Source: Lama glama
Lineage: Eukaryota
Assembly (NCBI GenBank): GCA_028534125.1
Contig: CM052816.1
Span: forward strand, 37,636,001-37,700,000
DNA length: 64,000 nucleotides
Direction: 5' to 3'
The position numbers and the translations under genes are program-made. The notes under the pieces were generated by a model. It saw nothing but the letters and a program-made list of their open reading frames with translations. It was not told the DNA's origin and did no database searches. Numbering within the stretch: position 1 is the stretch's first letter; each line of letters starts with the position of its first letter. Of this stretch, positions 1-13,060 are shown piece after piece.

Positions 1-750
1 ATTTTATATATAATAGTATCTATAAATCCCAAACTCCAAATTTATTCCTTCCCACCTCCTTTCCCTCCTAATAACCGTGTTTGTTTTCTATGTCTGTAAT
101 TCTGTTTCTGTTTTGTAAATAAGTTCATTTGTGTCTTTTTTTTTTTAAGATTCCACATATAAGTAATAGCATATAGTATTTTTCTTTCTCTTTCTGGCTC
201 ACTTCACTTAGAATGATGATCTCCAGGTCCATCCATGTTGCTGCAAATGACATAGTTTATTCTTTTTTATGGCTGAGTAGTATTCCATTGTGTGTGTACC
301 ACAACTTCTTTATCCAGTCATCTGGCAGTGCATATTTAATTTGTTTCCATGTCTTGGCTATTGTAAATAGTGCTGCTATGAACATTGGGGTGCATGTATC
401 TTTTCAATACCTATTTTTGTGCCAGTACCACACTGTTTTGATTACTGTAGCTCTGTAGTATTGGCTGAAGTCTGAATGGGTTATTCCTCCAGCTTTGTTC
501 TTTTTCTTCAGTAATGCTTTGGCAACTCTGTGTCTTTTGTTATATAAATTTTAGGATTATTTGTTCTAGTTCTGTGAAAACTGTTCTGGGTAAATTGACA
601 GGAATCACATTAAATCTGCAGATTGCTTTGGATAGTATGTCCATTTTAATCTCTATTTTATTTCCTCCCTGATCTTTATTATTTCTTTCCTTCTGCTAAC
701 TTTAGGTTTTGTTTGTTCTTTTTCTAATTATTTTAGGTGGTAGGTTTAAT
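1..750 (-). mobile_element. LINE-1 3' fragment (3'UTR plus ORF2 pieces) with two internal deletions; runs off the left window edge
   Basis: Typical antisense L1 text (ccatccatgttgctgcaaatg...ggctgagtagtattccattg; gtgccagtaccacactgttttgattactgtagc). Segments are homologous to ~13300-13660, ~14535-14780 and ~16135-16235 of the L1 copy in this window. Confidence 0.9.
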
Positions 751-936
751 TTTGGAACATTCTGATTGAAGTATATGCTGAAGTTCACAAGCTTCAACTG
801 GAAGAATTTTAATACAATTATGTTTACAATTAAATTTAGATCATTCTCATTGACTCTTTCCAGTAACTCAATCGTGAAATCAAGAAATTCTTGAAAGTTA
901 CTAAGTTTACAGTGACTGTTCTATTGTTAGGACGAT

Positions 937-1339
937 TACATGAGTTTGCTAGGACTGCCATAACAAAGCACCACAGAGTGGGCGGCTTAAATAACAGAAA
1001 TGTATTTGTTCACAGTTCTGGTGGCTTCAAGTCCAAGATGAAGGTGTTGCAGATTTGATTTCTTCTCAGGCCTCCCTCCTTGGCTTGCAGATGGCTGCCC
1101 CCTTGTAGAGTCCTCACACGGTCTTTCCTCTGTGCGTGCACATCCCTGGTGTATCTTTGTGTATGTCAAATGTCCTCTTCTTGGAAGGACACCAGTCAGA
1201 TTGAATTAGAGCCCACCTTAGTAGCCTCATTTTTAACTTAATCACTTTTAAAGGACCTTTCTCCAGAACAGTTACCTTCTGAGGTCCTGGGGATTGGGGC
1301 TTCAACTGTGAATTTGGGGGATGGATATAGCCCTTAGCA
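937..1339 (-). mobile_element. MaLR LTR (MLT1A/B/C-like)
   Basis: agtttgctaggactgccataacaaagcaccacag...ggcttaaataacagaaatgtatttgttcacagttctggtggcttcaagtccaagatgaagg matches the reverse MLT1 LTR pattern. Confidence 0.85.
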
Positions 1340-2432
1340 CTCTGGTCTTGTCACCCCAAATTCATGTCCTCCTCACATGCAAATTACGTTTACTCCAAAC
1401 AACCCAAAAATCTTAACCCATTCCAATACCAACTGTAAGTCCTAAATCTCATCTAAATCAAAGTGTAGTTGATTTTTGAGGTGTGATTTGCCCTGACCCA
1501 AAATTCCTCTCAACTGCAAACCTGTGAAACCAGACAAGTTATCTGCTTCTGAAATAAGTGGTATCACAGGCATAAGGTAGACATTCCCACTCCAAAGGGA
1601 TAAATTAGAAAGGAAACAAGGGGCACAGGAACCAAACAAATCCAAACCTAGTAGGGTGAGTTCCATATGATTTTGATGATGGAGAATCATCCTCTTTGTC
1701 TTAATGCTATGTCCTCTCAGCCACTAGAGTGGTGCTCCCACTTCTAGGCCCGCTTGGGCAGCAGTCTGGCCCACTGACACGAAAGAGGTGGCTCTGCCGT
1801 CTGGAACTCAAGAGGAGACAGCTTTGCTTTAGATCTGATCCTGTGGTGACAGTGGCAGGGGCTGAGATGGCTAATTAAATCCCTGAATTATATGCAGACT
1901 CCCTTTATCAGGCGATTATGCAGATACACCCTTGGTGTTCTCTTCAGAACACACTTTCTCATTGTTTGCCATATGCATAGGCTGAGAATTTTCCAAATCT
2001 TGAAGTTCTGGTTCATTGTTGCTTAACAATTTCTTCTTTAATTTATAATTCTCCTCTCATAGTTTACTATAAATAGTAAGAAGAAACCAGGCTAAATATT
2101 CCGCACATCCTATATTCTTCTCAAGCTAAATATCCAAGTTCATTTCTTATGAATTCTACCTTCCACAAAACACTAAACACAGTTCAGTTCATTGTCACTT
2201 TATAACAAGGCTTGCCTTCCATCCAATGTACAGTAATAAAGTCCTCATTTCCATGAGTCCTCACCATAAAAATCTTTATCATCATTATTTCTACTAACAA
2301 TCTTTTCAAGACAGTCTACACTTTTTCTACCATACACCTCAAAACTCTTACAGTATCTCACTATCACCCAGTTCTACATATTTTAGTATTTGTTACAGTA
2401 GCACACTGCTTCCTGATCTGTCCAGATCTGTC
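1340..2432 (-). mobile_element. MaLR internal region (MLT1-int-like)
   Basis: Abuts the LTR with caccccaaattcatgtcctcctcacatgcaaa, contains acaagttatctgcttctgaaa...ggcataaggtagacattcccactccaaaggg, and ends near ttttagtatttgttacagtagc, all typical MaLR-int motifs. Confidence 0.75.
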
Positions 2433-2493
2433 TGTATTAGTCAAGCCAAAATTTGTTTAAGTCAGAGTTGTCCAGAGAAATAGAACTGACAGG

Positions 2494-2541
<48 letters not shown>

Positions 2542-2850
2542 AGAGAGATTTATTTTAAGGAATTGACTCAGAAGATTGCATATGTTTAAGAAATCCAAAA
2601 TCTGTAGGGTAGGCTGGCAAGTAGGAAATCCATGGAAAAGCTGCAATTTGTGTCCAAAGACAGTCTGCTGGCAGAATTCTTTTTCTTAGGGGGGGTCAGT
2701 CTTTTTTCTATTAAGGCCTTCAATTGATTAGATAAGGCCCACCCACATCATGGGGCTAATCTGCTTTATCGATTTAAATGTTAATCTCTTCTCCCAAAAT
2801 CTTTGGGTACCATGACCCAAGCATGGTGACATATAAAATTAACCATCACA
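2433..2850 (-). mobile_element. ERVL LTR (MLT2B/D-like) containing a (TG)n(AG)n tract
   Basis: ccagagaaatagaactgacaggatgtgtg...gagatttattttaaggaattgactc...taaggccccacccacatcatgg...gacatataaaattaaccatcaca is the reverse of the MLT2 LTR (which begins TGTGATGGTTAATTTTAT). Confidence 0.88.
2494..2548. repeat. (TG)~22 (AG)n compound microsatellite
   Basis: Directly visible. Confidence 0.97.
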
Positions 2851-5800
2851 GTTATGCTGCTTTTTAGTTTGTAAAACCTATTTGACTTTTATTTTAGAAT
2901 TTAATTGACATTTAGCTTCAAAAATGTATTGAATTGATATCTTTGAATTTCCATAATTATTACAAGTCTACACATAGAACTGTTTAGAACTGGCTTCCAA
3001 TATATGTGCAGAGCCATAGTTATAAATTGTGCATTGTGAAATCCAACTGTACTTGTCCAAACTTGATTAGTTAAGAGTTTTTGCTATCAAACCCTGCATG
3101 GAGAAATCATTAAGTGCTTTCATCACTTGCTATTTTTATGATTAGTCTGGAATTTTACTTAACTAATTTGGCTGCAGTCTACCTGAATAATAAAGTGAAC
3201 TGGCCACAACAGTTGTGACCAATTCTGCTTTCTTCTCTTTTTTATTCAATTTTACATTTTAATCTATAGACAGAGCGTGTATAGTTTTTTTTTTTCCAGC
3301 AGTTATCTTCTGCACTGAAATATCTGAAAGCACATGTAAGCACTGAGACGGGCCTCATTTATATCTAGGTAATACTATGCATCATTTATTCATTAGTATA
3401 GAAACAAGCAGTTGTAGCATTTAACTGTGTAAGACGTCAATACAAAACTGATTCAAATACCATAGGCCTAACTACGAACCCTAAAACTATTTGTGGACTG
3501 TGTAGATAATGCTATATCACATAATTTGGATGCACATACAGTTCTTGCTTACAAGGAAATAAAACAACAGAACAATATCTTGATTATTTCAGATTCCTAA
3601 AGTGTTACACCAACAAGATCTGCATATGTGTGTACCGAATATAAACAGCCTGTCTGTACTTGGTATTGTTTTATAATTTTATACTGTCAGATGATGCTGA
3701 TGTACCTCCAGACAGAATCTGTCAGAATATGTGAGCATATGTAATCAAATCATTCTAGGTAAAAGTGATGCCAGTCTCATCTAAACCTTTTCTTTCCTTT
3801 GTTTTTTTTCCCCCTAAAAGACCTCAATTTTGCTTGACTGAGGAAATCATACATAAATGGAGGACTATTTCAATATTTCAGGGGTAACGTTTGCAAATAG
3901 ATAGTGGTGTCTGACATGATGCAGAATTTTCCATGATGTACCCACACCTTTGTGAAGTTCAACTAATCTGTTGAATTATCTTTTATTATCTTTGGAACAT
4001 AGTATCTTTTGTTGCTCTTTCATGAACAAATACTAACTAAGGAAAGCAAGCTAAAAGCTTTAGAAATTATATCTGGCATGTGTTCTCTGATTTTCTGCAT
4101 TGACAATAGCCTTACATCAGAGACAGTGAACATCAAAACATGCTATAGGTATTTCCATGTACGTTTCAATAGAAGAGACATATCATTTGTTTTCCTATTA
4201 GACAAATTAAATATCTCCATACAGTAAAAGACAAAACAAGTCCTTAGGGGAGAAGATTTGGAATAAAATTTATGCTTGTTGAAAAAGCCATTTGTTCCAA
4301 CGATTGTACATTATTTTCATGGCAGTATTATGAGGGAACTGCTAACATAGAGTAAATTTGATGGCTTTAAGAGGAAAAAGAAATAGTGAATGATATGGAG
4401 ACCAAAGATTCAAAGGAGATATTGCTGCAGTCTGTTATTTTTGTTTTTGCAAAATGATATGGAAGCTGTATGGCCAATCTATGCATGGCTGTTGTACTGT
4501 TCAGAGATAAAAATATCTTAGCCTCATTTTATGGGTCTTAGAGCCATGGTAGACATTTTGACAAAGGAAAAATTAAATCTGTTGATATCTGTAAAAGTGA
4601 TGCACAATTCTGATCTTTCTGAGTTGCCTATTAAGAAATAATCAGGAAATTTACATTGTTTTAACATAGGCAACTTACAAGTTTCTTGAGGACAGGAAAT
4701 TGTGTGCATGTATGTGTATTAATCACTCACATTTAGTAAGCTGCTGTCCACGTGCAGATTAATCACGATATATCTGCTTATGGATTAACATTTGAATGAA
4801 TAATTCTAAATCAATGGACTTTGTGTTTTAAATAGCAATACACAAAGGAAGAATCACAAGTAATATAAAAAGAAATCCAAGGATGATATTTAACATTTGA
4901 AAGGATTTCATTAAATAATGAATTCAATAGTGTATTACTGAAGGAAATTACTTAGCATATTGATTCAAGTATAGTTTTATGTCCAATTTACACTAATTAT
5001 ATCATCATGCGTAATGAGATGGAGATTTTTGATTTTTCCCCCCAAACCGGAAGTCTGTGCTTTGTTCAGGATTAGAGAAGAAAAACAAATTTTTCTCAAA
5101 ATGGCACTGTCAGCATTGATTTTAGATTCTGTTTCCACTTCAACACCATAAACTATATGAGAGGCATATTTTATAATTAAAGGCATGAAAAGAAAAATAA
5201 ATATATAATGAACGCAGAGAGGCAATCTGGGAGGGAAATGAAAGAACTGTTGAGTTCCAAGATAGTAAGAAGTCATAGGCCTCAGGGAGTTTGACTCCAT
5301 TTAATGGAGACTAAGTTGACATAGATGGTGGTGACCATAGTATATATCAACTGATAAAGCTAGGAGCTAGAGGACACCTGGAGAAAAAAAAAGTGTGCAC
5401 TAACCATGGTGCACTCATTCATAAAGTTGAATACTTAAGATGGTAGATATCAACAGAGAAGTCTTGAGTAGTTGCATTTACCTATAGGTCTGTGACTGGA
5501 TTTCCAGTATACTAAATACCATGTTAGACTAGAAATTCCCGTTAGTTAAAAACAAAACACCAAAATTTTAAAAACTAAAATAAATTTTAAAAAGCAAAGA
5601 ATAAAGAACTGATTTTATACTTGCATTTTGGTCCCAGTAGGGCAACCATAGAACTGTGACAGAAAAGAGAAAAAGAACAAAAACACAACAATAATAAAAC
5701 CTCCCATCACAGATGGGCATGCAATGGCACTGACTGCCCATTGTTCCAGATACTTTTCTAGGATGTCTATAATTAGTATCCTTAAAAGATGCAGACAGTG

Positions 5801-6059
5801 TGTCCTTCTGGAACAAAGGGCAAGCATGCAAAGTGTCTGGCTCCTTAAGTGGATGGCTCCTTTTCTGTAACGCTAACCACTACAAGTACAAGCATCCATC
5901 TCAGCCCATTCGTACCCCCTGGATTATCTGGTTGCAAGGAGACCAGATGCAAATAGGCTGATGACAATGACGTCTGCTGTGTCTTTGACTCAGGGGTCTT
6001 AGGTAGTCCATCAGTTTCCATGAAACTATGGCATGCTTATTTGTTACACTGCAAATTTA

Positions 6060-8950
6060 GACCCAGAGAACAACCTGGTGGTGAGTTTCTTGGGTTTTGT
6101 TTTTACTTTACATATTCCGCACAGGATGCTAGAGAAGCTGACAATCTAGAAATGTCAATATGCACAGATAATAAGTACCTCAACAAAAATGTGTCCTCTG
6201 TAAGGCCAAAGACCAAGAAAAGGGTAGTCTAGCAAGACAAAATATTTAGACAGCAACTACTCTAGCCCAGCCAAACACTACAGAAAATACTGTGGTCCCA
6301 CTCCCACCCCTGCCAGCAAACGCTGAGTGGGAAAACCACAAACTTTCATGCAAGGTACAGTGAGACACCGTTAATTTCTGCCCAGGTGGTAGCAGAGACC
6401 ACTGGGGGCTTTGATCCCTACTGAAGTAAAAGGATCCCCTTCCCTTCACTGCCAGTATAGACCACATGAGGCGCCCTGGACTTCCACCTAACCTGGAAAT
6501 GATGAAGGACCCCATCTCCTCCACATTGGAGATGGTGTCAGAAGAGGCCTAGTGTAGAGGCCCAGTGGTGGTCCACATCCCCCTCCTTAGTAGTGCCAGT
6601 GAGGTCATGTGTAGAGGGGAAAGTCCCATCCTTACCCAGTAGTACCAGGAGTCTCCCCACTGTAGATATCAATGGGGGTTGCATGGAGACCTCAACTCTG
6701 CACCTCCTTACCAGTGACGGGGCAGAACACTCTACTTCCCATGCTAGAGCAGAGTCAGGAAAAGCCTGCCGAAATACAAGACTTAAATAAGCTACCAAGT
6801 ATTACAACATAATACTCAAAATGTCGATGTTTCAATTAAAAAAAAAAAAGAAACTTATCAGACCAAGAATGAGGGAGATCTCAAACCAAATGTAACAAGG
6901 TAATAAACAGATGCCAGCATTTAGAGTACAGAGATGTTAGAATTATCTAACAAATATTTTAAAGCAGCCATCATAAAAATATTTGAATTAGCAATTATAA
7001 ACAAGCATTGAAAAATGAAAAAAAATTAGTCTGAGAAAAGAAGCAAAAATGTCAGGAAATTAAAATAAATAAATAAAGGAGAGCTGAATACAAATTTTAG
7101 AAAATAAAAACATAGTAACCAAAAATAAAAAAATATATACAAATTTAATAGATAGTCTCAACAGCAGAATAGAAAGGGCAGATGAAAGATCAGTAAGCCT
7201 GAAAATAGAACAAATAGAACAGAAAACACCAGACATGATTCTGCAGGGATGTGTGGGAATATAATAAAAGCTTAACTTTTGTGTCTTTCTAGTCTGAAGA
7301 TAAGAAAAAGAAGACAGGGCTGAAAAAACTACTCAGATAAATAATGGCTGAAAATTTATCATACTGGGCAAAAGATACAAACTTACAGATTCAAGAACAT
7401 GCAGAGGAGAGGGTATAGTTCAGTGGTACAGTGCATGTTCAGTATGCACGAGGTCCTAGGTTCAAGCCCCAGTACCTCTTGTAAAAAAACAAATAAAAAT
7501 AAATAAACCTAATTATCTCCTGTTAAAAAAAAATTTAAAAAAAAAGAAGGAAAAAGAAAAGAACTTGAGCAAACTCAAACAGGAAAACAAAAAAAATTAG
7601 TTAAATACACATCAAGGCATATATCATGAACTTCTGAAATATAAAGAAAAAGAAAAAATTATTGACGGTAATGAAAGAGAAAAGGTACCTTAGCTATAGA
7701 GGAAAATACAAATAATAGTGACTTTTTCACCCACACTGATAGAGACCAGAAGGAAGGATCATAGCATTTGTTTAAGTGGTGAAGAAAAAGAAATGGCAAC
7801 CTATATTCAGCAAAAAATTCCATCAGGAATGAAGAAGAAATTGAAACATCCTCAGATGACAGAACACTAAGAGAATTTGTTGCCAGCAGACCTGCTCTAA
7901 AAGAATTAAGGCAGTTTTGAAAAAAGAATTAAAATGGTAACAAAGCAATAACCTTGGAACACCATGAAGAAAAAAATTATGGAAACAAAAATATGGTAAC
8001 TGCCACTGGTTTTCTTTCTCCTCTTGATCCTTCTAAACTATGTTTGACAGTTGAAGTTAAAAACTATGAAACACTGTCTAAGGAGGTTTTTAAACATCCA
8101 GTTGAAATATTTGTGACAGTTTATAAGAGGGGAAGGGATGAAAGATATGAAGTAGATAAGATTTGTACACTTCACTGAAACTGATAAAATGATGAAACTA
8201 GTAGACTGTGACAATTTATCTGCATATAATATAATACCTAGAGCAATGACTCTAAAAGCTACATACACATGTACATTAAAAAAATGCTATGGATAAATCA
8301 AAATAAAATTCTAAAAAACAGTTTAACCCATAGAAAAGCAGGAAAAAATAAAGCAGAGAATCAAAAAACAGAGAGAATAAATTCAAAACAAAATACCAGA
8401 CTTAGGCTCAAGCATATTAATATTGCATTAAGTGTACATGGTCCCAATATACCAATTAAAAGACAGATAATGGCAGAGTAGGTTTTTTAAATGTCTCAAA
8501 TATATGCTGTCCATAGGAAAACAACTTCACGTATAATGATATAGACAGAATGAAAAAAATGCAAATATTAGTCAAATCAATCAGAAGTGACATTCTTTAT
8601 ATCAGGTAAGGTAGACCAGAAGTAAGGCTTAGGAACATAGTATAATAAAAATATTTGAAGAATTATTCTACATAATCTCTTCTAGAAAATTAGAAAAATG
8701 GAACATGACTCAGTTCATTTGATTATATTAGTATTACTCTGATACCAAAAAGAGAAAAGCAGAGACTTCTCTCTCATGGATAGAGATGAATCTCTCTCAT
8801 GCAGAAATCTTTATAGCAAATAACAATAATTATACATTACAGTCATATGGAGCTTGTTTCAGTGATGCAAGGCTCGTTAAACATTCAAGAATCAATTACT
8901 GTAACCCACTGTATTAACAGGATAAAGAAGAAAACTCATATGATTTTATA
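6060..8950 (+). mobile_element. Old LINE-1 (L1MC/L1M4-like): 5'UTR, decayed ORF1, inter-ORF region and ORF2 fragments
   Basis: GC-richer 5'UTR-like block at 6100-6790, then A-rich ORF1 relic (agatgttagaattatctaacaaatattttaaagcagcc; ataatggctgaaaattt; agaatttgttgccagcagacctgctct) and ORF2 start (ccaattaaaagacaga; gtgatgcaaggctcgttaaacattc). Confidence 0.8.
7404..7558 (+). mobile_element. Camelid tRNA-Ala-derived SINE (Vic-1-like) nested in L1 ORF1
   Basis: gagggtatagttcagtggtacagtgcatgttcagtatgcacgaggtcctaggttcaagccccagtacctc has tRNA A/B boxes, followed by an aaataaacctaattatctcc tail and A-rich end. Probable TSD aagaacatg (7393-7401) / aagaacttg (7559-7567). Confidence 0.88.
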
Positions 8951-8959
8951 GTCACTTCT

Positions 8960-9570
8960 TCCTGGTTTTCCAACTTTAGCCACTGAATTTTCTCTGTCCC
9001 GGCCATTTTAGTTCAGATGCTCATCCCTTTTCATCTGGACTTAGGTAATCGCCTACTCTGTTTTCTCTGTGAGTGCATTCTCAAACCCCTACTTAAAATT
9101 CATAAAAAGCTCTACCCTGACCAGAGTTTAACATTCAACATTCGAGAGCATGCACAGTCTTTTCTGTATTACTGTATCCTCATCACAGATTCACATCTCA
9201 GTTGAACCAATACTTATTTTGGACATTTTTATTGTTTCAGAATTAACTTCTGCCAGTGCTTTCTCTCACACCCACAGTGTCAGTGATAAGACTTCACTAT
9301 CTTGTGTCCTTGACTAGCTCTGTTTATCTTTCAGGATTCATCAGAAACATTACTTCCTAAGGTACACATTTCCTAATACTTTCACAATGAATTAGATGTC
9401 CTTTTATGCTCCATTCACATTTTCACTTATCACAGATATTTGCACACTATTTAAAATGTTAACTTGGTTACCTCATACTTTTATCGGACTGTGGCAAATA
9501 CTGTGTATTGTTCACATCTGTATTGTAAATCCCTAGCACATTGTTGAATGAAAAAATTGATGAATAAATT
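8960..9570 (+). mobile_element. LINE-2 3' fragment
   Basis: tcatctggacttaggtaatcgcctact... ending ccctagcacattgttgaatgaa...tgaataaat, an L2 3' tail. Confidence 0.65.
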
Positions 9571-10101
9571 CCCAGGCAAATTAATTTGATTGTAAAATAA
9601 TCTCCAAAGTGTCCGCTTACAGCCTTCTTGATTTTGAAGCACATAAAGAAGCTTTTCCACTAGATAGATCCTTGAACCAAAGCCCACTTCTTTCTTCTCT
9701 TTTCCTTAGCAAAAGGAGTTTAATTCACAAAGTGTATATGTGAAATCAGTTTTGAGCAGTATCTCTTTCCACTGAACACTACAGTATATCATGTGAAGGG
9801 CATTTTCAATCATTTCACTCTCCCCTTAACCCTCAGTGCCACCCTTAACCTGAGTAGCTATGAACTTAGAAAGTCTGGCTTTTTCTCCTTAAAAAGGATT
9901 GACCTGTAAAAATCACATATTTTCTCAAGGTTGGAGGTGAGGACTTTATTCATCAGGCAATTTAGCAGGTTTTTTTTGTCAAGTTACTTCAAAGTGCCTA
10001 TCGTCAACAAATGGTCTTAGAAATGATGTTCAAAATAATGTTCAGTAGTTTGCTTTTGATTCATTTTCAGTCCTCCTCCTAGATAAAGATTTATTGACTT
10101 G

Positions 10102-10480
10102 GTGTGTTAGTTCAGGTGCTCTGCAATACAGACACCAGGATGGGTTAGGAATATATATATTGGTGAAGAATAAAGGGGCAGGGGATCAGGAGTAGCCAAC
10201 AAGAGCCCATTGACAGTCAGCAGGTCTGACTCCTGTGAGGGAAGAGGGTTGGGTGAAGTGGAATGCGCAGTTCTAAGAAAATTTCACGGGGAGTCCTTAA
10301 GCCAAAGGCTCCTATTAGAGTATTAATATCCCCACCATGCATAGAAATTGGCAGGTGGAAATATGGCCTCAGCCCAAACATGGTGGTGGACTCTCATGGG
10401 CAGTGGCTAAGGCTGTCAGTCAACTGTGCTCTGTAGCAGGTGAAGCTAGCTGAGAACCACATCTTCCTGGCTGCCATACT
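10102..10480 (-). mobile_element. ERVL LTR (LTR16-like)
   Basis: tgtgttagttcaggtgctctgcaatacagacaccaggatgggttag...gcaggtctgactcctgtgagggaagaggg resembles the LTR16 family. Orientation is tentative. Confidence 0.65.
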
Positions 10481-10944
10481 TGGGTCTGAGCAGAGTAGAC
10501 AGAATTATACCTTTCTGGATAATTCATTTTGACAATTATTGCATTTTTATCTTCCAGGAAAAGAAAGCTTCTTCTAATCATTTAGAGATTAAAATCGTAT
10601 TTGGTTATCAAGCATAATGTGGGAGAGCATCACACTTAAAGAAGAGTCAGCATTTTCCTTTTGTTTTCACTAACACTTTTTAAAAAGTATGATCTACAAG
10701 TGTTTGTCTGAAATATCCCTTTGTATATTTGAATAATCTGTCATCCTATCTCAAATGCCATTTGCTCTTATATTATCCTTTAATGCTTTCAATTAAAAAA
10801 AAAATAACAGTTGTTTATTTGCATGACCAAAAATCCCTAATTTATTAAGGTCTTCAAAGATAACAAACCTTGTCAATATTTTGACATACCTATTTCCCAT
10901 GAAATACTTATTATATAAATTGAAACAGTGTACACTGCTGGGAA

Positions 10945-11160
10945 ACACTGTAGTGGTGGGAAGAGCTTAGATTTTAGAGTCAGAATTGAATTGGACCCCT
11001 GGTGCTTCTCATAACTAATTGAATATCTGTGATTTCATTGTCTATTAAACAGAAAAAAAATAATGCAAACTTTGTAAGGTTTTGAGGATCATTTGACATC
11101 AACTTTATAAAGAATTTATTGTTGGGTTGAGCATACAATATGCACTCAAAAAGTGTACAT
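10945..11160 (+). mobile_element. MIR SINE
   Basis: gtagtggtgggaagagcttagattttagagtcaga...ataatgcaaactttgtaaggttttgaggatc...gcactcaaaaa. Confidence 0.6.
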
Positions 11161-11269
11161 TTGGAAATTCAAGTATGGTCATCAATCTTGTTAAGGAAGT
11201 TTATTCACTTGTAAGCTAATATTTGTAGGAGCAAATATATTTAAGAATAAATCAGTCAACATTGAAATT

Positions 11270-11470
11270 TAATAAGCATCTCTAATCTATTTTCTTAATT
11301 GCTGAATGGGGATATTAATAGTACATAATTCATAGATTGCTGTGAGGATTACATACGAAAGTATCAACTAAGTTACCTATTCTTGTGTATATGATGTATG
11401 TATCTTTCTACTACATGTCTGCCAAGTTTACAGTGTGTAACAAGTATTCAAAAATATTAGCTATGGTCAT
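11270..11470 (+). mobile_element. MIR SINE 3' part
   Basis: aatggggatattaatagtac...catagattgctgtgaggattaca...aagtattcaaaaatattagcta. Confidence 0.55.
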
Positions 11471-13019
11471 CCTTATTGTCTTCATTGTAATAATCCTCAT
11501 CTTTTTCTTCTTTCATCATCATCAATATCAAGTTCCATGAGGGACACCCTTGTATTATGTAGCAAAATCTCTACCAGGTAAAAAAGGGTCATTAATATTT
11601 GTTTTATAGATGACAATGGCCCTGAGATAAAACATAGCTATCAGGAAGAGTGAGTAACCATTTAAAAAGGTATATTAGAAAGTAAGACAGAAGGCAACTG
11701 CTTTCAAATTCTTTCTGATTCTTTTCCCTATTCATTATGTTTAATGAAAAAAAACCAAATAAAATCATATATTACACAAGTTGAAAATAAAAAGGACCAA
11801 CTGGAAGTTCAAGATAGATCTAAGTGGAGTCTCATTGCTAGTTTAGCATATTGTCAGTTTTCCTTCACAAGGGCTAATAGCATGAGAAAAAAAGTATTCA
11901 ATTGAAGCCACTTTGATAGGACAATGCAATAAATTATTAATTTGAGGTGGCTGGAGAGAAATTAAAGTATTCGAAGTAATGAAGTTCAAATGAACAGAAC
12001 ATAAAAGTCCCTAATGTGCTTTAAAGGCATAGTCCTCTATGTGCATTTGATATGATTACTGATAATTTTAATACCTTATAGAAATAGTTATCACTAATAG
12101 TATAGTTCATAAGTAGAAAGATATGTAACGGAAAGTTGTATTCAAATTTTTTTTTCTTGAAATCTTGATCTGTCATTTGCAACAGTAATAGAATGAAGAG
12201 ACAAAGAAAATATTTGTATCCTGAAATGCCCTGAGTAAAAATATTTCAGTGCTAAGTAAAACACCATAAAATCTATTGTACACATCTTTTTTGCCTATTG
12301 AAAGGTATTTTGCTCTTACTTGATTGCAATTAAATAGAAACAAACAAAAAACAAAAGCAATTTTTACGAGTTTAGGATCACAGAATTTAGTATACGGGAT
12401 GTGCATAGTGTGTAAATTCAGTTTTATTTGCTGTCACAAGTTAAACTATTTTCACAAGATTACTTATTCTTAAGTAATTCCTGTGAGTGTAATAAACTAA
12501 TCCAAGTCTCCAAGCCAAGTACAAGGGTCATTTAGCAGTGACTATGAAATTTTATCTTATTTCATTGTAAAACCCATATAAAAAAGTGTTGATATTGCAT
12601 TCTTACATTAGATTCAAAGAATTTGTTTCCTCTATTAAATGAAGAACTATGTTTCTCTATTTCCACTAAATAGAGTCCTAGAGTTCTCTATTTTCTTTCT
12701 GCTTTCTCTCCTAGATTATGAATATAGCCATTGTTTTGCTTTGGTATCCATTGTTCCATCAGGTAGAGTGTTCGTGTCCAGACTCATTGTGATTAAAAGC
12801 CTTACAAATAAATATATTTAATTTATACTAAATAAAGCTTTCACTCACTTAATACTAAGTTCGTAATTGAATAATTTATCCTAGATATTTATAATTAATT
12901 CAAATTCAGTTTTCTAATAATTTCTTGGTTATATTTTTAAACTATAATATAGTGTCACTGAAACTGTAGTTTATGTATATGCTTAGCCCATTTCAAAATT
13001 CAACTTTCCTACTCTCACC

Positions 13020-13060
13020 CAGATCTATTAACTCAGCTTGTAGAACGAGGGCATGATAAC
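13020..13060 (+). mobile_element. Possible tRNA-derived ancient SINE head (MamSINE1-like) truncated by the L1 insertion
   Basis: ttaactcagcttgtagaacgagggcatgataacg loosely resembles a tRNA-Ile-type head (GTTAGCTCAGTTGGTTAGAGCGTGGTGCTAATAACG). Short and diverged. Confidence 0.3.

Noticed and set aside
4745..4783. Short imperfect hairpin tccacgtgcagat...atctgcttatgga
   Set aside because: Too short and imperfect to distinguish from chance.
7404..7480. tRNA-Ala-like sequence
   Set aside because: Diverged stems and anticodon arm, plus a SINE tail and TSD, show it is a SINE head rather than a tRNA gene.
11610..11649. AG/GT-bounded 40-nt + strand segment (DDNGPEIKHSYQE)
   Set aside because: Phase-incompatible with the next candidate exon and no recognised homology; likely a pseudo-exon.
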